Shown in pieces: positions 53,071 through 64,000 of a stretch of DNA of 64,000 bases. How positions within the stretch are numbered: the stretch's first letter is position 1; each line of letters starts with the position of its first letter. Source of the DNA: Albugo candida (Eukaryota); contig JBDOQK010000057.1 in the NCBI GenBank assembly GCA_040437565.1, forward strand, positions 62,001 through 126,000. The letters run 5' to 3'. Position numbers and translations under genes: made by a program. Below the pieces are notes generated by a model. The model did not search any database and was not told the DNA's origin. It saw only the letters and a program-made list of their open reading frames with translations.

Positions 53071-55350
53071 TTGGAGTATACATATCTACCTAGTATGGCT
53101 ACAGCACTGACACGTGTCATCTATTGTTGCTGCTATCACGACAGAGAACAATGCAGCTATGCGTGGATACAAAATGATTCGAATTTCCAGATGCTCCAAT
53201 TAGATCTCAACGTCCACGTGTTATACATCGTTGATTTCGGAATTGAGTCCGAGTCCGAAAATAGTGATGGTATCGAACAATATGTACAACGAAAACACAG
53301 CTCTTATGTCTCTTCGGCGAAGGACTTGTATGGTGCTGCAATCTTTGACGTGCTTGATTTGTGCTCTGCAACGACTGAAACTATGAAGACTTTCGTCTCG
53401 TGGAAAATACCGCAATTTCCATCTTTTGTCATGTTCTTTGAACCTCCCGAGAAAAACCCGTACACGGGCGACGTGTAAAGAAGAATGGAAGTTTTGTACG
53501 GCGATAGAGCATTATCCAGTGGATTTAAAGACCTAAAAATGCGCATCAAGGCATCCATTCCAGCGATCAATCTATATCAACGATATAACTACGCACCAAG
53601 ACCCGATAAAAAGCCTGGAGAAGATGTTCATCAAAGCGAAATATAAAATGAACGTTGTCATCTTGGCTGACAAATTTAACAAATCACAAAAATGTCTTAC
53701 GAGTGTGTCAGTGTGTTTGCACCATGAAGGAGTAAACTCTGTTAACATATACGCGAAAGAGTCAATGAGGTTGAGAGTGGAAATGGACAAGTACGACTTT
53801 CACACTTTGTCTCGGAAATTGTGGTGGCTCTGACGTCATTCAAGGATCAAGTAGAAATTGTTCAGACGTATTAACCGACAAAACGAACTCGTACAATGAT
53901 GTTAACAGCTTTTCAAATCCATTTTTCCGAAAATATGCGGCCAAAAACGAGCTCGCGAGTACGTGGTCAGATCGAGAGGCTCAACACGACGACTTTTGAG
54001 GAGTACGTTATCGATTTAACAGTACTCTGGGTCATTTACTTTAGTTCGCAGTCAGAGATCGATACGCTTTATGCATAATCAAATGAGTGGGTGGGTAAAG
54101 ACTCAGAAAAAACTGACTCGGAAGTATGTTATCATATCTCTTGATGCAATTCATCATGATGACGACAATCAGTCTCTTTGTGAGATTTATGGATGGCTGG
54201 GATCTACCGTGTATTCCTTGTTGTTCTCGAAGCCGAATCCGATCTTCTGTATCCCGTTCTGTCCCGAAAATAATGAAAAGACTTGCATTTCTTATCAGCT
54301 ACAAGAATCTTTGTAAGCAGTAGAGGCTTCTATCGAAAGTATTCTTCACGTGGTCGACGTGCTATATTCAGCAATGGAGATCAGTCGCTTTTTCAGCAAG
54401 CTAAATTTAAAATGCTTTGCCAGTCTGGTTTCTTACTGAAAATGAAGAAGTTTTCACCATCACACGCGTTGTATCAGTAGCGTTTCCTGGTCAAAACCTT
54501 TTTATTCGCAGCAGCTGTTGGAATCGACAAAAGAAGGCAAGGCACAGAACGAAATCCCACCAAAGGAAAAGACATCTCTTGTGTGCTTTGTTGCTGACAA
54601 GACGACCGAGCCAGAGTCAGAAAGGAAGATTTTTGATCGGATCCGACAAAAAGCAAGCATTGATCTACAATTACTTCAAACCTATCCGATATCTGCTCCA
54701 AGTGCTTCATAACTTTCCTGGATACAAGAGTCAATCAGTCAAAGCTTGGGAATAGATCTCAGTGGTGTCTCATCCTCCGACATAGTTCCTCATGTGACCA
54801 AAGGAAACCAACAAAATCTGTGGCTCAGCTTAAAGCTCTGTGTAATCGGTTTCTTGGTCAACCACGTGGACACATTAGCAACTCAGAATCGACGCTGAGC
54901 AAGTACATGGACACGTATATAAAAGGATCCATCTTCGGTGAGCAGCAGATAGAGCCAAGTGTGTTTATGTGGTCGAACGGTAAATGTCAGAAAGACTTTG
55001 CTGAAGTTTTTAATGCCGAAATGTACCAAATGCCCACAATTGCGGTTTATTATCTGTCAAAATAGCGATTTGCGGCAATGATTGGCGTGTCTGAAGCTGT
55101 AAACCTCCAGGACTTTCTCAGAAGAGTTATCACAGGGAACGTCCACAATCCGCGCTGTTTGGGACCTGAGCGACGAATGCAGTTTTGATGAAAATGTATT
55201 ATGACCCTCTCTGGTGATATCAACTATTGAACTTCCACGATTTATTGGACATCGCTGTGAATTGGCACAAATCGATTTGTATTGTTTTCTGAACACACGC
55301 AGATACATATCAGTATATCAGATTCGACTTCAGAGAAGGACTTATCAGTG
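53071..55350 (+). pseudogene. Multi-thioredoxin-fold (PDIA6/P5-like) protein pseudogene
   Basis: KIPQFPSFVMF (~53405), IERLNTTTFEEYVIDLTVLWVIYF (~53970), and C-terminal FMWSNGKCQKDFAEVF...MPTIAVY..K*RFAAMIG...LQDFLRRVITG matching the PDIA6 b-domain pattern. No CGHC motif is seen. Confidence 0.55.
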
Positions 55351-57229
55351 TGATTGAAATCGAGCTTATTCGTTAGTATTGAATATAGTTGATCGTATGA
55401 ATTGAGTGCACACCTCACAAAGACATATTTTATGAATGCAAAATAATAGATCCTTCTTGAGGTCCAAAAGATTCATAGTGTCAATGTGGATACGATAATT
55501 ATCATAATATAAATCGTTCTTGTTCCAGCAAGTTCTTACTAAATGAGAAGAATTATGATAGAATTTCATGTCATGTGGTTCGTTGGTACGAAACTGTTTG
55601 ACTCATAAAGAGATTCTCCGACAGGATTTATCTTGTCTCTTTCACTCATGATCACAGAATGCATAAAAATCGGCTCGCAAGAATTCGTATAATTGATCGC
55701 TTCTGCTCCTTTCGAGAAATACAAAAAACATCGCGTAATTTGATATCACGATGACGCACAACGAAACAGCCATTAGCTGTACCTGGTTTGCTGGCGAGGT
55801 GTTCTATCCAAATTTAAACATTTTTGTGGTAGACGATATTCCATTTCTATGTCATGATTGCATTCTACGGCATTCAATAATAATTAATTTGATGTCATGT
55901 CAGCTCTGGGATCAGGCATTCGAACACAAAACCGGGTGATCTTAGGAGAAAAATCCATCATTCGCCACTTAGGGTGAGACAAACATTGATCAAATCGATA
56001 GTATTGTGGATCTACCGTGTGCTTGAGTCTAACTTATTCGGGTGCTAAAGAGCACGCGACTACTGCAAGTTGATATGCAGAGCATCATGTGATTGTCATT
56101 ATGGTTGACATTATCTAGATCAAACTTTCTTCAAATTTCAGCCAATGCGGCGCTTCGACGAGTATCGTCAAGCTGACAATTATCACGACGCCGATATATC
56201 GTAATAGACTTGGAAGCCAATGTGCGCTTAAAGGTATAAATCTCAGACAAAAAAATGTTCCCAGAAACTCTACTATTCGAACTTCGGAAGTGTCGTACGT
56301 GACCAAACGTTTTCTAGCCCTGATTAGAGAATGCTCACGGTGTGAAAGCCGTTAGAAAGATGCTGAACATTCTCATTTCAAGAAAAGCAATATCTGGATT
56401 ACGCGATCTCAAAGGGTTTTGTCTTGCTCCCACTTGTGCTGCAAGTAGCCTGATGTTGGCAAGGTCCTTTCCTCGTCATTACAGGAAGTTAAACCAGCAC
56501 ATGGACGGAAACGGACATCTCGTTGAAGAGACGAGGTTCATCCCGCGGGTGACGGAGAGGGTTTTTTTTAGCCTGTTTACGCGGAATACGCGTCTGGGTT
56601 GGGCTGAATAAACCAGACGCGTCATCCGCAAACGGTGGTAGAAGATGATGGGCAGATGCGACAGGTCCAAGACCACGTAGCTCGTCTGGGACAAGTAATG
56701 GTTCAGCAGAGCCTGGATCAACGCATACATGAAGAGCTTTCCAACGAACTGAAAGCCGTAAAAACTGTGCGGATAATCTAGAAGTCCTCCTGGATGATGA
56801 TGATGAGGATTTTGAGGACGTATTTATCCCTGCACAGCCGCGACAGTCTGGGATGGAGCGATCTCAGTGTTGAATAACATAGCCTTTTTAATGAGAAATA
56901 TAAATATCAGATGAAGCTTAAAATATCCTTTTTCTGAATTAAACAGAAGCGCTTCTGTCTCTTTTTGCTTTTTGGCTCAGTTAACAAGAATCAAGTTAGA
57001 CGATCAATCAGGATCCAGAGATAAGAAATTACGGAATAATAAACTTTCGCATTGAATAATGTGTTTCACGAAAAATAAATCTTGTATGAGTAACCTTTAA
57101 ACGCTCGACATACATTACTCACATAAACCTTTAAATTCAAATCAAAGTATAGTCCATATCGTAAAAATCACAATTTAATAGCGAGTGTTAAATAATGACA
57201 GTGTGATAATTGAATAAAGCATTACTTGG

Positions 57230-58405
57230 ATGATCACGTAACCACCTTTACATGAAAAGATCAGAGAACTGGCTTTTCTACGCCAAAAATATTATTACAT
57301 CTGAATGCATTTGGGACACGCCACACTACATATTGTACTGAGTTTTCTTGTGCTCGCTAATTGTCAAGTGCGCATTCTATGATCATTGATTGTCTACTTT
57401 TACACCGTAATTATTAAATCGCAACGAATAAATGCGTTTTCCTTCATAAATACGATGGGATACAGCGGAGCATTTTGTAATCCATTGTCAGGCATATTTT
57501 CACGTCAAATGGTGATGGAGGATGATCATACCTTTCAAACGATTTCTGGCGGCAACTTGCGAATTGTTTTGCAAAACTGATGCATTCAAGTACGCGTTTT
57601 GTTATATTAATAGTGTGGATGCTTCTCAGAGAGATTCCTCAAATTATCTTTCAGTTTTCTCGAACAGTCTGTCATATCTAATGGAATGATTCAGAATTGT
57701 ACCGAGAGGTGGCGGACACGGACAACATCAAATGGAGCTGAGAATCACTAGCAACAAATGAATAAAAATTACCAAAACAGTTTCATTGCTGAAGGTGTGT
57801 GTTTAGTGCATGACGAAAAAAAAATCAAATAAGCATCAACATTTTTCTCATCTTTCAAGGTTGGAGGCGCTGTGTTTTATTGCAACCCAATCGAAACTCA
57901 AGGTGTTGATACTGAAGTGTTAGATAATGGATTATGCAAAGTTCGGGTCAACTCACATTATATTGGAAGAAATGCAAGATAGTGAGAATTTGTTGACGTT
58001 CGGCCTATACTCTCGACGTAGGTGCATCCACGATCTGTTCATAAATTAATTAAAAAGGAGAGAGCGTAAAAAAGCTGTTTGTAGGACGTTAGAAATAATG
58101 TCACTTCTGGTTTTCACAGCCTCCTTTCGACTTGTAAAGTCCAACACCCACTGCTTCTTTTGTGTAGCTTATTCATATTTCAGTATTATGGACGAGAAAT
58201 TTCGGATTCCTCATCGCATTCTGGTTTCGAAACTTGTGCAGTGTATTGCGAAGATTTGCGAAGAGATGACAATCCTTCCTCTCTTGGAATATTTGAATGA
58301 AAAAGACAGAAGCAGACTCAATTTCAATATGTGGGCTAAAGAAAAAATAAATTTGAATCGATGCGTACGAGTACTTCCGCACGAAAGCGTCACTAATGCT
58401 TTTCT
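57230..58405 (+). pseudogene. NSUN2: RNA m5C methyltransferase NSUN2/TRM4-like pseudogene, 5' part
   Basis: In order: TG..LRQ...HIVL..CA (~57270-57355), VDASQ (~57615), NGMIQNCTERWRTRTTSNGAENH (~57680), KVGGAVFYCNPIE (~57857; the STCSL motif is reduced to C) and INLNRCVRVLPHESVTNAF (58347-58403). Confidence 0.8.
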
Positions 58406-58528
58406 TGTTCAAAAGGCGCGACTGGTGAGTTGAAGGGTTGCGAATGGTGATGTTGCACAAAGATCATGAGGTCAAAATGGATTAGGTTTCTCATTTACTT
58501 GATACTGAGCTAGTGCTGGAAACTAACA
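58406..58528 (+). repeat. 5' LTR (123 bp)
   Basis: TGTTC...CTAACA; 104/123 identical to the 3' LTR with no indels (counted by hand). Confidence 0.95.
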
Positions 58529-58542
58529 GGTTTCGAGCCCAA
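58529..58542 (+). promoter_or_regulatory. Primer-binding site, eroded GGTTATGGGCCCA type (initiator tRNA-Met fragment)
   Basis: GGTTTCGAGCCCA lies immediately after the 5' LTR and matches the copia-type PBS at 10 of 13 positions. Confidence 0.65.
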
Positions 58543-58599
58543 GCCCCCCACAAGACCCTCTAGCAGCTTCGCCAGGTGCTCTCGACCGACATGCGGTCG

Positions 58600-61500
58600 A
58601 TGAGAAGACAGGCGACAGCGTGGACATCTCTCAATCGAGAGAACGCGGGAACTCCGAGCATAGTGCAGATTGTATGGATAGACTTGGAGAACTCATTGGG
58701 AATATGATGCGGGACTTGACACGGAACGCGTGGAGCGGTCCCAACTGTCCCCTGGTAGACCCTGCTACTCGTATAGGTAGTGGTTCGAGTGTCTTCAGTC
58801 AATTCTTGACTGCTGAACGGAATCGGACAAGAGCGGACTCACGCACTGCAGCGATGGATGTGCGAGGACGTTTGGTATGGAGCAGCACCAACAACAATAT
58901 TTTCCGACGGTCCAGCTCACGGTGCAAGCTTAAGCCCTACCGAGGCAGAACATCTACCCGACACAAGAATTTGGGTGAAGATGCCGACCGTCAAGAGTAT
59001 GAAGCTTCCTATAGAGCGCTTCACTGGAAAAGAAGAATACAAAGGACTTGAAGAAGGTTTTAAGAACTGGGGTTTTCAAATCCTGGATGGGCGGGGCTCG
59101 GCCCACAGCTTGAGGGGAGGTGAATGGCCTGTAGAATGCAACACGAGGACACTTAATTGGTACCTCGATGGAATTAATAGGAAGCTTTTGACAAGATGAA
59201 AGGTGTCTGGGCATCAGAAGTGCCTGCAGTTGAACACTTGATGAAGAAGATGCTACAGGTGTACGACAGAGAAATCACTGTTGAGCAACCCACACTATTC
59301 ATTCCGGCTCGTAAGCCAAACGATAGGTCTTGGATGGAGCAGTAACAATACCTGGTTGCCGTAGAAGGCTCGGCCAGCACCCCGGATCAATTTTTGCTCC
59401 AGTGCATATGTGAAGGAGCAAGGTGGGAGGTGAAACGAGCCACGCAAACGCGACTCGACCGTCGCCGAGCTGACTATCGCAAGAAGGCACGGGAGATGTC
59501 AGACTTCTCCAGTACGTTTGAGCTCGTTATAGGAGCATATGTCGTGAGTGGAATGCGACAACCCACTAGCAGCCGAAGTAATTCCCGCGGTGCTAATGAT
59601 GCGGAAGAGGCATTACGATTTAGCGATGGGAGACAATGCTAGGGTGGCAACCAGATCGGGCATACCAAGTGAGAGTGCAAAAACAAATTGAGTGGTAAGT
59701 AGGCGTCATTTGCATTGAGTATAGGCACCACCATACATGGTGGGGAGCAGACCTGGATTCTCGACAGTGGCAATAGAAGGCATCTGGTGCTGGATGTTAG
59801 CATGCTGATCAACTCAGTTGATTTCTTTGACGAGTTTAATGCCGCTGATGATCAAGCTATCAAGACCACGAAAATGGGTCTCGTTGGGAGCCTTCGTGGA
59901 CAGTGTCATGAACTTGATTTCGTTAATCGACGTCTTCTATGCAAAGGACCTCCCAAAAACCTGCTTTCATTTTGTAACTCGAACAAAAAGGGATTGCGCT
60001 GAGCACGCAGGCGAGCATCGCTATTTAAAGGATACTAGTGATGAGCCACGAGTGTTTGAGGTCGAAAAGGAGAATAATGTGCTAGTCTTGTGCCCACAGA
60101 GTGGAGAGGCTGTACCGAACAGTAACGAAACAGTGTTTGCGGACCTACATGCTTCCGATACCAATGGTGACGCTAGTATAACCGTGAAGTGAAAGATTGT
60201 GGATTTGCACAAGCGACTCGGTCATCTTATGTATGACACGGCTGATAGGATTGAAGACAATGAGAACTCGGGAGTTGAACTGATTGATAGGATCCGACCA
60301 AGCTACATTACATGCACTCAAGGCAAACAAACTAAGCATGCACAATCCAAGAAGGATAGTGGGGCGCATTTCCCGATTGATCTAATTGAAGGGGGCACCT
60401 GCAGTGACCTAAAGGGTCCCATGACTCAACGGACCGATGAGTTAACCGGTATCTGATCAACTTTGTTGACCATTCGTCTAAATACTGCAGACTATTTGTT
60501 GCCTGAAAGAAGGATGTAGCCGCGAAATATTTATAAGCTTTTCTGGGGGTTTTCGAGCGCACGTTTGATTGCAAGGTGCACATCCATAGAATTGACAGCG
60601 GTGGTGAATATCGTAAAGTCGACCTGTTTTGCAAGGCGACTGGAGTGACCAGACAAGTGAGCGAAGCCGGCAATGAAGCATCCGATGTAAAGGTAGAACG
60701 CATGCACAAGACTGTTCTCAATATGGCGCGATGCATGATATTTGCCAGTGGCTTGCCGTTGCGATTCTGGTTTGATGAAGTGCCAAACGCAACTTATATT
60801 TTAAATCGCAGCCCAAGTAGCGCAAATTGCAAGCGGGCTCCTCCAATTTAAGTCCTGACCGGCAAGAAGCCCAGTATTGCTGATGTTGTGTTTTTTGGAA
60901 GCTCGTGTACGGCATATCGCTAGCCAGGAAAGAAATCGTGGAAACCGCGCGCCGAGGTCGAAACAATCGTGGGGAAGCATGACGAGACCAAAGGGCTCAA
61001 AGTATATCTACCCCGCGAGCGATTGGTCATAACGACACAGCATATAAAAATGTGGAAACCATGGGCATTGACAGAAACTTTCAATTGCAGAAGCAGCTAC
61101 ACATGGAAGGATCCTGATTTACGCCAAGCTGTACAAGAAAAGCGGAATACTGGGAAGCGAAAGGAGTGCATCGGCACTAACAAGAAATCGTTTAAGCACG
61201 GGTTACGCGGTAAAGGAAACATTGTCAAGAATAAAACTCCGTTTGGGAAGGCCGATGCCCACCCGGAGTAGTCGAATGCAGCACGCATGACCACTTGGCA
61301 AATGGGCGTCAAACATGTACCGGTTGGAATGGTGTACTTGCTCGAACATTCGAAAACATACAAGGAAGCGGTATGCTCTGAAGATGCTTCGCAATGGAGC
61401 GAATCGATGGATCCGAAATTGAATCTCTCAAGTCAAATAGAGCGTAAGAAGTAAAACTTCGAAGTCCTGGTCAGAAGCTGCTACATTCTAAATGGGTCTT

Positions 61501-62885
61501 TAGGACTAAAAGGCACTCAGGTTGGACGTTGAAACGATTCAAGGCGAGATTTGGGGCCTGCGGAAACGAGCAGTCATATGGTGTGAATTACAGAGCCGTG
61601 ATGAAATTAATGACAGCAAAAGTGGTGCTGGCATTGGCGCGAGTATGAGAGGTGCCTACTCGGCATGGAGATGTTTCTAACGCATATGTCAAAGGAGATA
61701 CAGAAGAAGGCATCGAGAGCGCACTTCACGTGCCGCGGGGGATGGAGTTAGCAGAGGACGAGTCCAAGAGATTGGGCACAACTGATAAGAGCGTGGTAGC
61801 GCTGAAGCTTCGGAAAAGCCTTTACGGGTTGGAGCAGGCTGGACGATTGTAGGCAAGGTTGCTACATGATACAATTAAGAAGCTTGGATTCGTATAGTGC
61901 TACACTGACAGTTGCATATACTTAAAAAGTGATGCAACAACGATCACGCTTATGGGTGTCTACGTAGACGATTTTTTGGTAACTGCTTAAAGGGTCTGCG
62001 ACGTAAACCAATTATTCAGTGACATAAATGTACTCGAGGTAAGGGATCTCAGTGAAGTGACAATTTGTTTTGACATTGGTGTGACTTATAGCCAAGGACC
62101 CGGGGTATCTGCTGGAGCAAACGTAGTACATTCGCGAAGTGCTTGCTGGACTATGTCAGGGGCAAGCTTATCCTGCACGTAAATCTATTGGTGAAGAACA
62201 AGACGGAGAAAACGAGGGCAATTTGCTACCAGTTGACGGTGACGGTACATCAAGATGAACGACGGTGAAGATGTTTCGGTCGGTCATTGGAAGCCTACTG
62301 TGGTTATCTAGATGCACGAGACCATTCATTGCATTCGCTGTGCCAGCCGGGGAGCGCATGCACCGAGAGATCGCGATTGATGGTGGGTAAATAGAATCGC
62401 TCGTTATTTGGAGTGAACCGTCGACCTGAAGTTTGAATTGAACGGAACACTTGAAGCCACAATTCACAAGAAGTCGTCTGGAAGGCTACAGCGACGCCGA
62501 TTACGCGGCAGACCACGCGTATATACAATCGGTTGGTGGAGGAGTTATATTTTATCCACAATGGAGGCCGATTTTGTAGCTGCATCGCAGGTGGTGAGTA
62601 ATCAGCTAGGACAACGAATTGCTTGCTGAAATTGCTGTGCTCGTTTCTTAGCTGATACTGATGCATGTTGAGTATCAACCTGCGATAAAGCAAATACAAG
62701 CGGAAGAAAAAGCAGGAAGAGCAAAACACATCGCAATACGTCTCAAGTTCATCATGATTACAGCAAGAAAAAGATAATCAAGGTGGTGTATTGCGAGTTA
62801 GGCTTCATGTGAGTTGACCTCCTCACCGAAAAATTTGCTGCGCCAAGGTTTTCAGAGCTGTGCGAGATGATCTCGCTGGATTAAG
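58600..62885 (+). pseudogene. Copia gag-pol polyprotein, disrupted
   Basis: FTGKEEYKGLEEGFKNWG (gag), an eroded CCHC at ~59635, WILDSG at ~59755, LHKRLGH at ~60205, CSDLKGPM / RIDSGGEY / ERMHKTVLNMARCM (integrase), SKWVF / LRKSLYGLEQAGR / GVYVDD (RT) and RAKHIAIR (RNase H). Confidence 0.93.
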
Positions 62886-62902
62886 GTCATTTCGGGATAG
62901 AG

Positions 62903-63025
62903 TGTAAAAAAGACGCAACTGGTGAGATGAAGGGTTGCGACTGATGAGGTCGCGCAAAGATCATAAGGTCGGAATATATTAAGTTTCTCATTTACTTGAT
63001 ACTGAACTAGTGCTAGTAACTAACA
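62903..63025 (+). repeat. 3' LTR (123 bp)
   Basis: TGTAA...CTAACA, preceded by purine-rich GGGATAGAG (PPT remnant). Confidence 0.95.
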
Positions 63026-63030
63026 TTTCT

Positions 63031-63530
63031 TTTTCGTGGCGTTTAGTAGATGCAAAGCCGAACACATTTATCCTGTCACTGGAGCTCGAGTCGCTCAGAC
63101 AGCCGTCACTCTTCAATGTTCTGATTGACAGAAAAATACTTCTCTTAGCAAGCATTTTGCACCATCCAATCGTTTGAATTCGGAAATAAAGATCGCGTTC
63201 TGTGTACTAAAGTTGCCACCACACTGGAATCAAGATAGCATACTACAATTACGACAGTTCATTCAGGATGAGCAGTGGTCTTTCATATGGTACCAAAACA
63301 AGCAGTCAGAATACAAACCACGAATGATATTTATAAATTAGCGGTTCAACGACCTCGCGTCGAGGCCTTCCATTCAGGTGTGTCAACGAGTCAAGCCCAA
63401 ATAACGGATGCAGGCGCTCAGACGCTCAGACGCTCAGACGCTCACACCAGCTCTCAAAAAGCAAATTCTTATTTTACCAGCTGCTATATTCGAGGAGAAA
63501 AATCTTGTGGAATAATCAGGTTCTAACCCT
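63031..63530 (+). pseudogene. NSUN2: NSUN2/TRM4-like pseudogene, 3' part
   Basis: FVAFSR directly after the target-site duplication completes the RxLPH...FFVA motif begun before the insertion. A weaker C-terminal similarity lies at ~63250-63340. Confidence 0.55.
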
Positions 63531-64000
63531 CAAACTTGAACACGTCGAGAAACTTCAAAATAAACATTTTTGGCCGTCGTTGGTACACCTCGCGATCAAA
63601 ATGAGAATCTTATTTATCCCATCACTTGTGGCAAGCTCAGAATAGGATTTCACTAGCAGCATCACCGGACCTCAATTAAAATCGATCACGTCTTTATTTC
63701 ACTTTGTCGATGCAATATAGCGACTAATAGCAAAACTCTGTTCTAGTTATTTGCACAATTTTGTAGACGATTGTTTTACACTTTTCTTTTCTTTTGCTTG
63801 AGAAATAGCCCAACATTTTGTGCGTTAAGGCTGTGGACGCAAAAAGCAACTTTAGACACTGTTAATAAATATTTTCGGACGAAGATACCAGAGTTCATGA
63901 TATAGACCCTCAAACAACGCCACCACACGGAGATAGCAAAACTACTAGAGCTCACATTTTAAACAGTATGGATCGTTTCTTCAATGGCCAATGTTGGTTG

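Larger units (their letters stand above)
58406..63025 (+). mobile_element. Full-length, inactivated Ty1/Copia LTR retrotransposon
   Basis: Two 123-bp TG...CA LTRs and a TTTCT target-site duplication (58401-58405, 63026-63030). The internal order is gag, protease, integrase, RT, RNase H. Confidence 0.97.

Noticed and set aside
55690-56875. UVSSA-like pseudogene (GLG motif, DDDDEDFEDV tract)
   Set aside because: It looks like a decayed + strand gene, but the similarity is too weak and low-complexity to name.
63415-63444. CGCTCAGA x3 short repeat
   Set aside because: An ordinary slippage repeat with no sign of function.
1-64000. Alternative genetic code or stop readthrough as the cause of the broken ORFs
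   Set aside because: All three stop codons occur in frame, together with frameshifts, a deletion within an NSUN2 motif and substitutions at conserved residues (RRP4 GEVGD to GEVRD). Recoding cannot explain these.
1-64000. High sequencing error as the cause of the broken ORFs
   Set aside because: Satellite copies differ at only 3 of 129 nt and the two LTRs have no indels, which is inconsistent with a noisy, indel-rich consensus. It cannot be fully excluded without reads.

Overview
This is eukaryotic DNA of roughly 40% GC, most consistent with an oomycete. The Copia gag type, an oomycete-type repeat protein and recurring CxxC-hydrophobic motifs point tentatively to Albuginales (inference). I find no intact protein-coding gene in the 64 kb. 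The window is instead packed with heavily decayed gene remnants. Recognisable housekeeping pseudogenes are RRP4/EXOSC2, NSUN2/TRM4, a type I DnaJ and a PDIA6-like thioredoxin-fold protein; an RRM gene may be RNPC3. There are also several unidentified coiled-coil or large-protein remnants and a group of decayed CxxC-motif (CCG/CHXC effector-like) genes. A full-length but dead Ty1/Copia element (58406-63025; 123-bp LTRs, TTTCT target-site duplication) interrupts the NSUN2 remnant. Other structures are five unrelated repeats with ~170-190 bp periods (one a 173-bp dimeric satellite running into an assembly gap), a perfect 98-bp-arm palindrome beside that gap, a CCAAT array phased at ~30 bp, an inverted duplication, and an internally deleted oomycete repeat possibly related to tyrosine-recombinase transposons. 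Family assignments come from motif recognition by eye. Pseudogene boundaries are approximate.
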